The notes: a model not told the origin generated them from the letters alone. DNA of 55,523 nt, filler included, from Candidatus Woesearchaeota archaeon (GCA_016180285.1; 5 parts of 5 records of this genome joined end to end with filler, not necessarily neighbours in it), one strand, 5' to 3'; shown: positions 18,375 to 28,297, counted from the whole stretch's first letter. Program-made: numbers and translations.

Positions 18375-18497
18375 TTAGAGTTCGCCTATGGCCGCAAGTA
18401 TTTTCTCATGACCTTTTATAAGCTTTTTGAATCGTTCTAGCTCTTCTGCGACTATTTCAAATCGTATTTTATCGCTTGAATTCTCTGATTTTGCCAT
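18375..18497 (-). CDS. 40-aa small protein
   Basis: MAKSENSSDKIRFEIVAEELERFKKLIKGHEKILAAIGEL with an upstream TTTAAATA promoter and GAGTGGA SD-like site. Confidence 0.6.
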   Translation of the reverse strand: MAKSENSSDKIRFEIVAEELERFKKLIKGHEKILAAIGEL

Positions 18498-18589
18498 TTT
18501 TAATCCACTCATTAGATTTAATATAATGCCTACACCTATTTAAATGTTTATTTTTAGAATGTCTTTATTTATCCATTCAATAAAGTGGG

Positions 18590-18690
18590 TTAGAAAGGAG
18601 AAGCATAAGAAAGAACAACGCTCTGTTGCTCCTCCTTTCTGATAGCTTTAGGTGATTCATACACGGAGGTGTTCTGAACGCCTATACTAT
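18590..18690. other. Two adjacent stem-loops, candidate small RNA
   Basis: TTAGAAAGGAGAAGCA...TGCTCCTCCTTTCTGA (14 of 16 Watson-Crick pairs) followed by TAGGTGATTCA...TGAACGCCTA. Confidence 0.45.
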
Positions 18691-18779
18691 AATATGATGA
18701 GGGGTTTATAAATACATTATGAAAGGCTGGTAAAGAACAAAAATACGCAAACTTTATAAAGGGCAATTCTCAAGCAATA

Positions 18780-19460
18780 TTGATGGCTTTGGTATTCAGT
18801 TTGGAGTGGTTTCAGGGCATTAACTTTTTATTCGAATTATTCGCCTTAATCAGCACATTATTGGTGGCTTTCTTCAGCTACAGGGTTTTCAAGTACACAT
18901 CGCAGAGAAAATACTTCCATTTTGCTTTGGCCTTTTTCCTTGTTGCGGCTGCCTTTTTCCTGAAGATAATCTCAAGCATAATAGTTTATTCAGGAGAGCA
19001 GCAGCTTCAGACAATCGGCGCAGCAACCTTGACAACATACAACATTTATTATTTTGAATGGATCCAGTCAAGCGGATTCTTCATTGCAAGATTCGTAATG
19101 CTGCTTGCATTCCTTCTTTTATTTATTGTCAATTTCAAAGTGAGAAGCAGAGTTGTAATGCTTCTTTTGATGTACCTTGTATTTGTTTCAATATTGGCTC
19201 GCGACTCATACCTCATATTCCACGCCACGCTTTTTGTTATTCTGCTTCCGCTGGCTTATTATTATTTTAAGAATTATTTAAAAAACAGGAAGCTTAGCTC
19301 AGCCCTTGTTCTCAGCTCTTTCTTCCTCATGCTTATCAGCCACCCTGTTTTCTCTTTCGTATTGCTCTATGACAAGCTTTATGTTGCTGCCGAGTTCATA
19401 CAGAGCCTTGCATTTTTAATCTTGCTGCTTACAATTTTAATACCCGGGTTCAGAAAATGA
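18780..19460 (+). CDS. Multi-pass (~7 TM) membrane protein
   Basis: About seven hydrophobic segments; ATGA-coupled to a wHTH gene. Confidence 0.85.
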   Translation: MMALVFSLEWFQGINFLFELFALISTLLVAFFSYRVFKYTSQRKYFHFALAFFLVAAAFFLKIISSIIVYSGEQQLQTIGAATLTTYNIYYFEWIQSSGFFIARFVMLLAFLLLFIVNFKVRSRVVMLLLMYLVFVSILARDSYLIFHATLFVILLPLAYYYFKNYLKNRKLSSALVLSSFFLMLISHPVFSFVLLYDKLYVAAEFIQSLAFLILLLTILIPGFRK

Positions 19461-19729
19461 GCGCCAGAAGAACAAAGATCGAGATAATCCACGACATTCT
19501 TACTTCTATCCAGCAGAAAGGCGGCAAGATAAAGCCAACTCATCTTCTGTACAAATCAAACCTTTCCCATAAGAAGATGATGGAATACCTTGGAGAATTA
19601 ATGGCTAAAAAAATGGTTGAGGAAATGTTCGAGGGCAAGGACAAGAAATATATCATAACAGAGGAAGGCCTGAAGTACATATTCGAGTTCAAGAAGATCA
19701 AAGAGTTCACTGATTCGTTTGGATTGTAA
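19457..19729 (+). CDS. Winged-helix transcription regulator (HTH_45-like)
   Basis: RRTKIEIIHDIL...PTHLLYKSNLS...YIITEEG. Confidence 0.88.
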   Translation: MSARRTKIEIIHDILTSIQQKGGKIKPTHLLYKSNLSHKKMMEYLGELMAKKMVEEMFEGKDKKYIITEEGLKYIFEFKKIKEFTDSFGL

Positions 19730-19741
19730 AAGGTAATCAAA

Positions 19742-19969
19742 ATGGTAACAACTGGTTTTGATGGATTGTTTATAGTGGCAATGATATTCTTGATATTAAC
19801 CCTATTTGATGCTGTAATGAAAGGCATTGGAATGTGGAAAGCAGCTAAAAACAACCATCTTGCATGGTTCATCTGCATCTTCATTTTCAACACGATCGGA
19901 ATACTGCCGATAATCTACCTTGCAGCTTTTCAGCCGAAGATGAACGGGAAAAAAGGCAAAGATAAATGA
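19742..19969 (+). CDS. DUF5652-like small membrane protein
   Basis: KGIGMWKAAKNNHLAWFICIFIFNTIGILPIIYL. Confidence 0.75.
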   Translation: MVTTGFDGLFIVAMIFLILTLFDAVMKGIGMWKAAKNNHLAWFICIFIFNTIGILPIIYLAAFQPKMNGKKGKDK

Positions 19970-20016
19970 TGCTGTTCAACTTGAGATTAAAAAGGAGAAG
20001 AATAAACTATTTGTAA

Positions 20017-20640
20017 ATGGTAGAACAAAAACCAGATATTAAAAAAGTACCCGAAGGAAAGTTATATGAGAAATATGTAGGCCAGTTATTTGAATTGGCA
20101 GGTTTTGATGTAGATGTAAATACTGGGTTTTTTGATAAAGGAGATATAAAACATCAAATAGATATTGTAGTCGGATCAAAAAATCTTGATAAGCCCATTT
20201 TCATAGAATGTAAAAACGTAAGCGCGGATAATTTTAAGAAAGAACTAATCGATGCTTTCATGGGAAAATTATCTGATTTGGAGGGAGAATATTCAAAAGC
20301 GTGTTTTTTTGTTCATTTGGAGCGCGATAAATGCGACAAGACAGAAAGCGAAGAAACACTTAAACAGTACAGGCAGTATTGCAAAAGAAAAGGCATTGTT
20401 TTCTTTGATGAGTCTGACTTTAAAAACTTAAGAAAAAAAGTCAAAGAAATTGAAACCAATAAAGAAAAACAAAGATATATTCTAAGATCCTTAGAAACGA
20501 ATTATTCGGGAACTAAAGGAAATGTTGGTGCAATAATCTTGATTGTTTTGGGTATCTTGACATTACCAATTATTATTGGCATAATACCTCTAATAATAGG
20601 TGTCATTTCCTTGGTTAAAAATAAACGAAAGCTTTATTAA
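20017..20640 (+). CDS. Mrr-like PD-(D/E)XK endonuclease with a C-terminal TM anchor
   Basis: YEKYVGQLF, QIDIVV, IFIECK; C-terminal hydrophobic hairpin AIILIVLGILTLPIIIGIIPLIIGVISL. Confidence 0.75.
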   Translation: MVEQKPDIKKVPEGKLYEKYVGQLFELAGFDVDVNTGFFDKGDIKHQIDIVVGSKNLDKPIFIECKNVSADNFKKELIDAFMGKLSDLEGEYSKACFFVHLERDKCDKTESEETLKQYRQYCKRKGIVFFDESDFKNLRKKVKEIETNKEKQRYILRSLETNYSGTKGNVGAIILIVLGILTLPIIIGIIPLIIGVISLVKNKRKLY

Positions 20641-20679
20641 AACCAAAGTATTTTTCTCATAATTAATTTAACTAGCGGG

Positions 20680-21174
20680 GTGGTCAAAATAGCAAAGCAA
20701 AACAATAATGGCAATTCAAAGTCTGTCTGCAAGCCAATAAAGATGAGTTTCTGGAAGATCTTATTAAGCGGAATTTTATTTGCAGTAATCGCGCAGATAG
20801 TCCACACAACAGGCGCATTTTTAACAATGAGCTATTATACTGATACGAATTACTTTGCAATATGGAGCAAGATAATGATGCCAACTGCTGCTCCGCCAGG
20901 CTGGGAGTTCTACGCCTATGCAATTGGATTCAGCATAATAACAGGCATTCTGCTGTCAATAGTTTATGTAATTGTAAGCTGCTGTTTTACAGGAAATGCC
21001 TTTAAGAAAGGGGCGCTATATGGAGTTTTATTATTTTTAGCAGCAGGCATACCCTCAGCACTCTCGCTTTATCTGCTGATAAGCCTGCCTCTGGCATTAA
21101 TTATAAGCTGGGCAATTGAAGGGCTTATTGCATATTTAATCGGAGGAATCATAATAGCGGCAATAAACAAATAA
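20680..21174 (+). CDS. Four-TM membrane protein
   Basis: Four hydrophobic segments. Confidence 0.8.
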   Translation: MVKIAKQNNNGNSKSVCKPIKMSFWKILLSGILFAVIAQIVHTTGAFLTMSYYTDTNYFAIWSKIMMPTAAPPGWEFYAYAIGFSIITGILLSIVYVIVSCCFTGNAFKKGALYGVLLFLAAGIPSALSLYLLISLPLALIISWAIEGLIAYLIGGIIIAAINK

Positions 21175-21187
21175 AGAGGTGGTGAGA

Positions 21188-21760
21188 ATGAATCTTAAGG
21201 GAACAAAAACAGAGCAGAATCTTTTAAAGGCATTTGCCGGAGAATCACAGGCAAGAAACCGATACACTTATTTTTCTTCTGCTGCGAGAAAAGAGGGATT
21301 TGAGCAGATCTCAGCAATATTCGCAGAAACAGCTGACAATGAAAAAGAGCATGCAAAGGTTTTCTTCAAGTATCTTGAAGGCGGATCAGTTGAGATCACA
21401 GCAGCCTACCCTGCAGGAGCAATAAAGGATACAAAGCAGAATCTTGTGGCAGCTGCAGATGGCGAAAGGATGGAATGGGGAACTATTTATCCTAACTTTG
21501 CAAAGATCGCTAGGGAAGAGGGATTCTCGGAAATAGCAAGTTCTTTTGAGGAGATCATAGAAGTCGAGAAATTCCATGATGCAAGGTACAGGAAGCTGAT
21601 CAGCAATGTTGCAGGCAAGGAAGTTTTCAGGAAAAGCTCATCTGTGAAGTGGCACTGCAGGAACTGCGGCTATATTTTTGAAGGTAAGGAAGCCCCAAAG
21701 GAATGTCCTGCATGCAAACATCCAAGATCGTTTTACGAGATCCTGGCTGAGAATTATTGA
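21188..21760 (+). CDS. rbr: Rubrerythrin
   Basis: AFAGESQARNRY, ExxH twice, C-terminal CRNCG...CPAC; GAGGTGGTGA SD. Confidence 0.96.
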   Translation: MNLKGTKTEQNLLKAFAGESQARNRYTYFSSAARKEGFEQISAIFAETADNEKEHAKVFFKYLEGGSVEITAAYPAGAIKDTKQNLVAAADGERMEWGTIYPNFAKIAREEGFSEIASSFEEIIEVEKFHDARYRKLISNVAGKEVFRKSSSVKWHCRNCGYIFEGKEAPKECPACKHPRSFYEILAENY

Positions 21761-21795
21761 ATTGTCAAGGGATGTTTTGAGGAAAATAAAAGAAG

Positions 21796-22310
21796 ATGGT
21801 AAAGCTATGGCGATGTGAAATTTGCGGGGATTCGTTCATAGCTGATGAGCCAGAAATATCCCCTTCTGCGGCGCGCATAAAGGCTTTGTTAAGGAAGCAA
21901 AAGACGCAAAAGTTGATTTTAATGTTGAATTGAATGAAAAAGAAAAAGCAAATGCAGGGAAAGCATTGGAGCTTGAAATTTCGAATTCAGAATTTTATTT
22001 CTGCGCTGCAGAGAAAACTGACAATGAAGAAGATAAGCCATTATTTAGGGCTTTAGGCGGGGTTGAAGCAGAGCATGTTTCTATTTGGAGGAAAATATTA
22101 AAATTAGATAAAATTAATCTTGGAAAAGGCCAATGTTCCGAATCAAATATAACCAATTTAGAAGAAAGCCATAACAGGGAAGAGATGGCAATTAAATTTT
22201 ATAGGGAAGCAGTAAAAGAATCAGAAAATGCATTTGTAAGAAAGATATTTGGCGCTTTAGTTCAGGTAGAGAACGATCATCTAAAGCTTGCTGAAGAAAG
22301 GCTGAAATGA
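21796..22310 (+). pseudogene. Frameshifted rubredoxin-ferritin (rubrerythrin-like) gene
   Basis: MVKLWRCEICGD in one frame continues as YPFCGAHKG...LNEKEKANA...EAEH...ENDH in another frame; shift near 21855. Confidence 0.8.
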
Positions 22311-22318
22311 AAGCTGAT

Positions 22319-22364
22319 CAATTTTCACTACTTCTTTGCCTGTGAGTTTAGGCAGTTTTGTCAA
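22319..22364 (-). pseudogene. HicA toxin 5' remnant
   Basis: TTG-start MTKLPKLTGKEVVKI directly after hicB, then the sequence runs into the end of the convergent gene. Confidence 0.6.
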
Positions 22365-22368
22365 AGAA

Positions 22369-22578
22369 CTACACCTCTAACTGTTGCACACCCACAAATT
22401 GTTCAGAAAGTTCGAATTTTTGGTCTGCTGCTAAATATGCTTTAATTGCTTCTTTCGTTCTATCTAAAAGCCGATCCATGCTTTTAGCTTGCGTATGGCA
22501 GCCAGGCAATTCAACTACCTCAGAAACCAGCCACCCTTCTTCATCCTTTTCTATTATGACTGTGTATTTTTTGACCAT
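22369..22578 (-). CDS. HicB-family antitoxin
   Basis: YTVIIEKDEEG...ELPGCHTQAKS...EAIKAYL. Confidence 0.9.
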   Translation of the reverse strand: MVKKYTVIIEKDEEGWLVSEVVELPGCHTQAKSMDRLLDRTKEAIKAYLAADQKFELSEQFVGVQQLEV

Positions 22579-22608
22579 ATTATTAGATAGGCTTCCTTAT
22601 TTATAAAT

Positions 22609-23727
22609 CTATCTACAGATTTTTTGATTTTTATGCTCGGGATAAAGCCTTAATATGCCCTCTTCATCCGGAGTGCAAATTCCTCTTTCAGTAATCAATC
22701 CGGTTATCAATCTTGCAGGCGTCACATCAAAGGCATAATTCTTTGCACGGCTATGCTTTGGTGTTAGCAACACTTTTGTAATTTTTCCATCTTCACTTAA
22801 TCCTGAAATAAACTTGACTTCTTCAGAGCCTCTTTCTTCTATTGGAATTTCTTTAACTCCATCGCGCATTTTCCAGTCAAATGTTGAAGATGGCAAGGCA
22901 ACATAAAACGGCACATTGTTATCCTTAGCAGCAACTGCCTTAAGATAAGTTCCTATCTTGTTAGCAACATCCCCTGTTCTTGTTACCCTGTCAGCACCTA
23001 CAATAACCATGTCAACCAAGCCGTGCTGCATCAAATGACCGCCTGTATTGTCTGCAATTATCTCATGCAAAACCCCTTGCTGCCCAAGCTCCCATGCAGT
23101 CAGTTTTGCTCCCTGATTCCAGGGCCTTGTCTCATCAACATAAATGTGAATAGGTATTTTTTTCTCAAAAGCCGCGTATATTGGGGCTGTTGCAGATCCA
23201 TAATCAACAAAAGCCAGCCATCCTGCATTGCAATGTGTGAGTATATTCGCCACAGCTTTTCTCCTGCTTATTTCCTCAATTATTTTTAAGCCATGCTCAC
23301 CTATCCTTCTGCAATATTCTGCATCTTCATCTGCAATTTCATTCGCAACCTTAAGCGCAATATTGATCTTATCACCAACTGAGTCTGCTTTTTTAATATT
23401 GGCTAATTGCCTTTCAACAGCCCATGCTAGATTTACTGCGGTTGGCCTTGTTGCCTTAAGCTTCTCTCCCGCATTAAATAAAGAATTATCAAAGTTATCT
23501 TTTGGAGATTCTAAAGCTGCAAGATACATGCCATACCCGGCAGCAGCTCCAATTAAACCTGCGCCTCTGACATGCATATCCTTTATTGCTCTGGCCGCGT
23601 CATCTGCAGAAGTTAAATCCTCAACAATGAATTTGTGCGGAAGGCTCCTTTGGTCAATTATCTGTATTGTCTTTTCATCTCTTTCTTTCACCCAGATAGT
23701 GCGATAATGCCTGCCATCTACATTCAT
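22609..23727 (-). CDS. mtnA: Methylthioribose-1-phosphate isomerase (eIF2B-like family)
   Basis: IDQRSLP, MHVRGAGLIG, TRPTAVNL, THCNAGWLA, DETRP, VANKIGT and AFDVTP motifs. Confidence 0.92.
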   Translation of the reverse strand: MNVDGRHYRTIWVKERDEKTIQIIDQRSLPHKFIVEDLTSADDAARAIKDMHVRGAGLIGAAAGYGMYLAALESPKDNFDNSLFNAGEKLKATRPTAVNLAWAVERQLANIKKADSVGDKINIALKVANEIADEDAEYCRRIGEHGLKIIEEISRRKAVANILTHCNAGWLAFVDYGSATAPIYAAFEKKIPIHIYVDETRPWNQGAKLTAWELGQQGVLHEIIADNTGGHLMQHGLVDMVIVGADRVTRTGDVANKIGTYLKAVAAKDNNVPFYVALPSSTFDWKMRDGVKEIPIEERGSEEVKFISGLSEDGKITKVLLTPKHSRAKNYAFDVTPARLITGLITERGICTPDEEGILRLYPEHKNQKICR

Positions 23728-23798
23728 GATACCCCCTCTAAAATAGAGAGAAAAAACATTCTATTAATAAATTTATCCAAAATTCAAAATTAAAAAAT

Positions 23799-23846
23799 TT
23801 GCCTTCATCGTTTATATTGTTGGGGGTGGTATAAAGATGAAGGCAA
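23799..23846. terminator. Stem-loop downstream of ftsZ
   Basis: TTGCCTTCATC-G-TTTATA...TATAAA-GATGAAGGCAA inverted repeat. Confidence 0.5.
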
Positions 23847-23904
23847 GAAGTTCTCACATAAAGTGAGCGTGAAATAAAAAAAGACAAAAACTTGCCTTTT
23901 GTCT

Positions 23905-24981
23905 TTAGTTTATGATCTCTATTCCCAGCTCTTCTGACATCTGCTTTGCCTGAGCAGCTTTCTGCCTGTGATCAACCCTGCCAAGCACCCATGGCGATTT
24001 GACGCCGGTTATTATTGTCATCACTGTTACTTTTCCTTTCATGCTTTCGCTGACTCTTGCTCCCCAGATCACATTTGCATCTTCATCAAGGCTTTCAGTT
24101 ACCAATTCTCCAATCCTGTTTACTTCTTCCAAAGTCATATCAGAGCCGCCGGAGATGTGTATCAATGCGCCTGTTGCGCCCTCATAGTTGATGTCAAGCA
24201 ATGGGTTTGACAGTGCTCCCTTGACTGCTTCATCCACTCTGCTGTTTGTATCAGATGCGCCTACTCCGATTACAGCTACTCCGCCATTCTGCATTATTGC
24301 CTTTACATCTGCATAATCCAGGTTAACAAGCGAAGGGATTGCTATTGTCTCAACTATTCCTTTGATCATTGTTGAAATCAATTCATTTGCCACTGCAAAT
24401 GCCTGCTGTATTGGCAAGTTGCCTGCAATCTGAACCAGCCTGTTGTTGTCAATAACAATAACTGTGTCTGATACCTGCCTTAATTGCTGCAGCCCAAATT
24501 CTGCTTTGTCAACTCTTGCCCTTTCAATCTTGAAAGGCATTGTAACTGTTCCGATAACAATTGCGCCAGTGTCTTTTGCAACCTGCGCAACCACAGGGCA
24601 TGCTCCTGTTCCTGTTCCACCGCCCATTCCTCCGCATACAAAAACCATGTCAGAACCTTTCAATGATTCTTTTAGTGTGCTTAGGCTTTCCTGCGCTGCT
24701 TCGGCTCCTTTTTCAGGAAATCCGCCGCATCCAAGCCCTCTTGTTACATCTCTGCCAAGCAGGAATTTTCTGTCAGATTCACTGATATCCAAATGCTGCT
24801 TGTCTGTGTTGCATGCTATTATCTCCGCTCCCTTGATTCCCTTCTTGTAAAGCCAGGAAACCATATTGTTGCCCGCTCCGCCAACACCTATTACCTTTAT
24901 GTTCGCTTGCCCTACTTCTACGTCCGTGTACCCTAGAGAAGCTGCTTTTGCTCCTTCCACAATAAAATCCATTGCTCCCAT
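23905..24981 (-). CDS. ftsZ: Cell division protein FtsZ
   Basis: GVGGAGNN, GGMGGGTGTG and NLDYADV; start placed at MGAMDF after a purine-rich SD. Confidence 0.97.
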   Translation of the reverse strand: MGAMDFIVEGAKAASLGYTDVEVGQANIKVIGVGGAGNNMVSWLYKKGIKGAEIIACNTDKQHLDISESDRKFLLGRDVTRGLGCGGFPEKGAEAAQESLSTLKESLKGSDMVFVCGGMGGGTGTGACPVVAQVAKDTGAIVIGTVTMPFKIERARVDKAEFGLQQLRQVSDTVIVIDNNRLVQIAGNLPIQQAFAVANELISTMIKGIVETIAIPSLVNLDYADVKAIMQNGGVAVIGVGASDTNSRVDEAVKGALSNPLLDINYEGATGALIHISGGSDMTLEEVNRIGELVTESLDEDANVIWGARVSESMKGKVTVMTIITGVKSPWVLGRVDHRQKAAQAKQMSEELGIEIIN

Positions 24982-25294
24982 TTTTAACCCCCTTTTTGTT
25001 TTTATATACTGCAATATAAATATTCCAATTACGAAATATTTATATTTTAGTTCGTTCTTGATCCTCCTTAGAAAACGTTTTTACATTTGCGCCAACAAAT
25101 GTATGCCAAAAAGCGTTTCGAGTGTTAAATCGTCCGTTATCGTCGAGAAAAGTTACACCATAACTAGTTTACGCCAATAAACTGAGTTAATTTTTATACT
25201 TCTGTATAAACTTATATTTAAAGATTTCTAAAGTAAAAAATATATTTTGCATTACAACAATCAAAATCCTGCTTTTCATATAAAAAACAAGAAG

Positions 25295-25712
25295 CTACCT
25301 TGAATAAATTATCTTCTTTTCACGAGGGAATAAATTCATATCGCTCATCTGGGCATATTGCTCAGGAGTTAATATCAAGTATGTTATTGTGAAACTATAT
25401 TTTTCCTTGATATTAGTGCAGATCGCCTTTATCCCGTCTGAATTTATATTCGTTCCTATTAATAGAATGTTCGCCTTGTCTTTTCTGTCTTCGCCATGCA
25501 GAATAACTGATCTGATGCCTTCTATTTTCTTCATTTCATCGACGAATAAATCCAAAACATGCTTCTCAATTTTTATAAAGCCTTCAATGAATTTTGTGTC
25601 GTCATTTTCATTCAATTGGTATAGCTTGAACCTGCTCACTCTCACTTCTTTTATAATATTAAGGCCTAGTAAATGCTTCATGATCCTGAAGCACGATGCA
25701 ACAGGCACTTTA
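25295..25712 (-). CDS. HTH plus nucleotidyltransferase-like protein, 5'-truncated
   Basis: VPVASCFRIMKHL HTH-like segment; degenerate VILHG...ANILLI MNT-like fold; open to the contig end. Confidence 0.6.
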
Positions 25713-25812
25713 NNNNNNNNNNNNNNNNNNNNNNNNNNNNNNNNNNNNNNNNNNNNTTAATTAATTAANNNNNNNNNNNNNNNNNNNNNNNNNNNNNNNN
25801 NNNNNNNNNNNN
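25713..25812. other. Artificial contig linker
   Basis: N44-TTAATTAATTAA-N44. Confidence 0.99.
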
Positions 25813-28066
25813 CTTTATAGTTTCTCAGTATCATCAAAGCGCGAGCTGCGCAATGCCTGAATCTTCTCTTCAGAATTTCGGTCTGTTCTATTGAAAGCCT
25901 TGCGATTTCATCAAAATCCGATTTCTTCAATATCTTAAAGATCTGCTCAACATTTACATCTTTGTTCATCCTTATAAAAAATCCATTGTCACTCATTCCG
26001 ATTTCAACATCCTGATGCAATAATCGCCCCGCGATATATGCGACAGCTCTTGACAGGCAGTCATTGACCCTTCTCCCAAATAAGCTGTGAAATATCAAAT
26101 GGCTGCCGTTCTCATTCTTGAAATGCTCCACAATTATCCTTTTATCGCTAGGGATTGTTGCGTATTCAAACTGCTCCCTGAAGTATTCGTAAATTGAGTT
26201 AGCGGCATATTTGTCAACATAAAGGTAAGAATTTATGAATTCAAGGATTTCCTCTTTTGTTTTATTTGCGCAGAATTTCTCGCTCATCAATCTTCTGAAC
26301 CTTCCGATATCAAGAGCCAGGTCAAAAGACAAAGGCAGCATCTCGCTGATCCATGACGGAATTGTAGGCGGCCTATGCGCGCTGGCTGAAACCTGGGCAA
26401 CCATTCCCCTGCTGAACTTGAATTCATAAACATTTCCTCCCAAAACAAAACTGTCGCCCTGCCTTAATTTTTCCAAAAACCCCTCATCCAAATGGCCGAT
26501 TGTTTCCTCGCCTACTTTTACAGTTATAAACATTTCTTCAGGAATTGTCCCGATGTTTGTCATATAAAGAACCCTGCTGAGCCTGCCCCTTCTTCCAATC
26601 ATTCCTGTTTCCTTGTCATGCCATATCTTTGCATAGACGTGCCTTGACTCAAGGCTCGCAAATTCTCCTGAAAGATATTTTATTATCTCGAGAAAATCCT
26701 CCCAGGGAAGATCCTTATAGCAGTATGAAGACCTTATCAGCCTGAATAAATCATTTATTTGGATCTTGTCCGCAATTGCAATGCCAAATATTTGCTGGGC
26801 AAGGACATCGAGGCAGTTAACAGGAATATGTATCTTGTCCATCTTTCTTTCAACTGCAGATTTAAGCAGAACAGCGCATTCTATCAAATCATCCCTGTCA
26901 AGCACAATAATCCTGCCCATTGTTTTTGAATGCAGCTGGTGGCCGCTTCTTCCAGTTCTCTGCAATGCCCTGGCAACAGATTTAGGGGATCCGAGAAGAA
27001 TAACCAGGTCAATAAATCCGATATCAATGCCTAGCTCCAAGGAAGTTGAGCATACAACCACTTTTATTTTTCCTTCCCTTAATCTTTGCTCAATATTCTG
27101 CCTAAGGAATTTGCTCAGGCTGCCGTGATGCGCCCCTATATTCTCTGTATAATTCTTGGGGAATTTGTCTTTCAGATGGTCAACAACCCGTTCAGTTGCG
27201 CTTCTTGTGTTTGTAAATATTAGTGTTGTTTTATGCTCCTGCACAAGCTTGTCTATTAAAGTATAAAGCGCGTCATGCATATATGCATATTCAATGTCAA
27301 TCAGATTTTCAACGGGTGACAGCACTTTCAAATCCAATTCTTTTATGAACTGCACATCTACAATAATGCAGCCCCTCACTTTTCCTTCATCATAACCTGC
27401 AAGGAATTTTGCAATCTCTTCCAGAGGAGAAATTGTAGCAGATAATCCGATTCTTGCCATATGCGAGGATAAAGCTGCCAATCTTTCAACTGACAAAGAA
27501 AGATGAACTCCTCTCTTGTTTTCAGCCAATGCGTGAATTTCGTCAATAATGCACCACTGCACATTTTTAAGATGCTCTACGAATTTTGAAGAGGAGAGCA
27601 TTAATGCAAGGCTTTCAGGGGTGGTTATTAAAATGTGAGGCGGGGCTTTGAGCATCTTTGATTTTTCTGCTGCTGTTGTATCTCCTGTCCTGACTCCTAC
27701 CCTGATGTTTAATTTTTTATCTGCTATTGCCTCCATTTCCTTCAATGGCTGCACAAGGTTTACAAGAATATCGTTTGACAATGCCTTCAAAGGCGAAATG
27801 TAAACGCAGTATATCTTGTTTTCCAGAATGCCTTTTTCCGAGGAATCAACAAGCTCGTTTAAAATTGACAGGAATCCAGTCAATGTTTTTGTTGCTCCTG
27901 TCGGGGCGGAGATCAGGATATTCTTTCTGCTGTGTATTTCCATAACACCATATAGCTGCGGCAGGGAATAGGCCCTGAATCTGCTGTAAAACCATTTTTT
28001 TACAATATGGTTTAAAATATTGTTTATCTCTTCAGCTGTGTTGGGCTTTTCCTTGAATTCGAGCAT
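25813..28066 (-). CDS. lhr: Lhr-family ATP-dependent helicase, 3'-truncated
   Basis: APTGATKT, ISPLKAL, TTPESL, DEIH, GLSAT, HHGSLS, SLELGIDIG and QRTGRSGH; probable start MLEFKEK at 28066. Confidence 0.95.
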
Positions 28067-28193
28067 TATGAGAGGGAATGGAAACAGGTTTAAAAAGATA
28101 TGTCTTAAATTTTGTGAAACTGAAAAGCAAAACATTTATAAATAAAATAGACAATACTGCTAGAACAATATCAAACAACAAGGGGGTGCTAAT

Positions 28194-28256
28194 ATGCAAT
28201 ATTTGGATGGTGATGGCGAAGAGCCAGATAATGATGGCGACTTCGGGGATGAATAA
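28194..28256 (+). CDS. Candidate 20-aa acidic peptide
   Basis: TTTATAAA promoter, GGGGGTG SD, MQYLDGDGEEPDNDGDFGDE, then a T-rich tract. Confidence 0.45.
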   Translation: MQYLDGDGEEPDNDGDFGDE

Positions 28257-28297
28257 ACGGAGTTTAACTTGTTTTTTGTTTTATTTCAGAAACTATC

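Noticed and set aside
28067..28135. N-terminal extension of lhr in the ORF track (likewise ftsZ 24982-25014, lig 34183-34200, and 5708-5767)
   Set aside because: These extensions run through promoter sequence or the neighbouring gene; downstream ATGs fit better.
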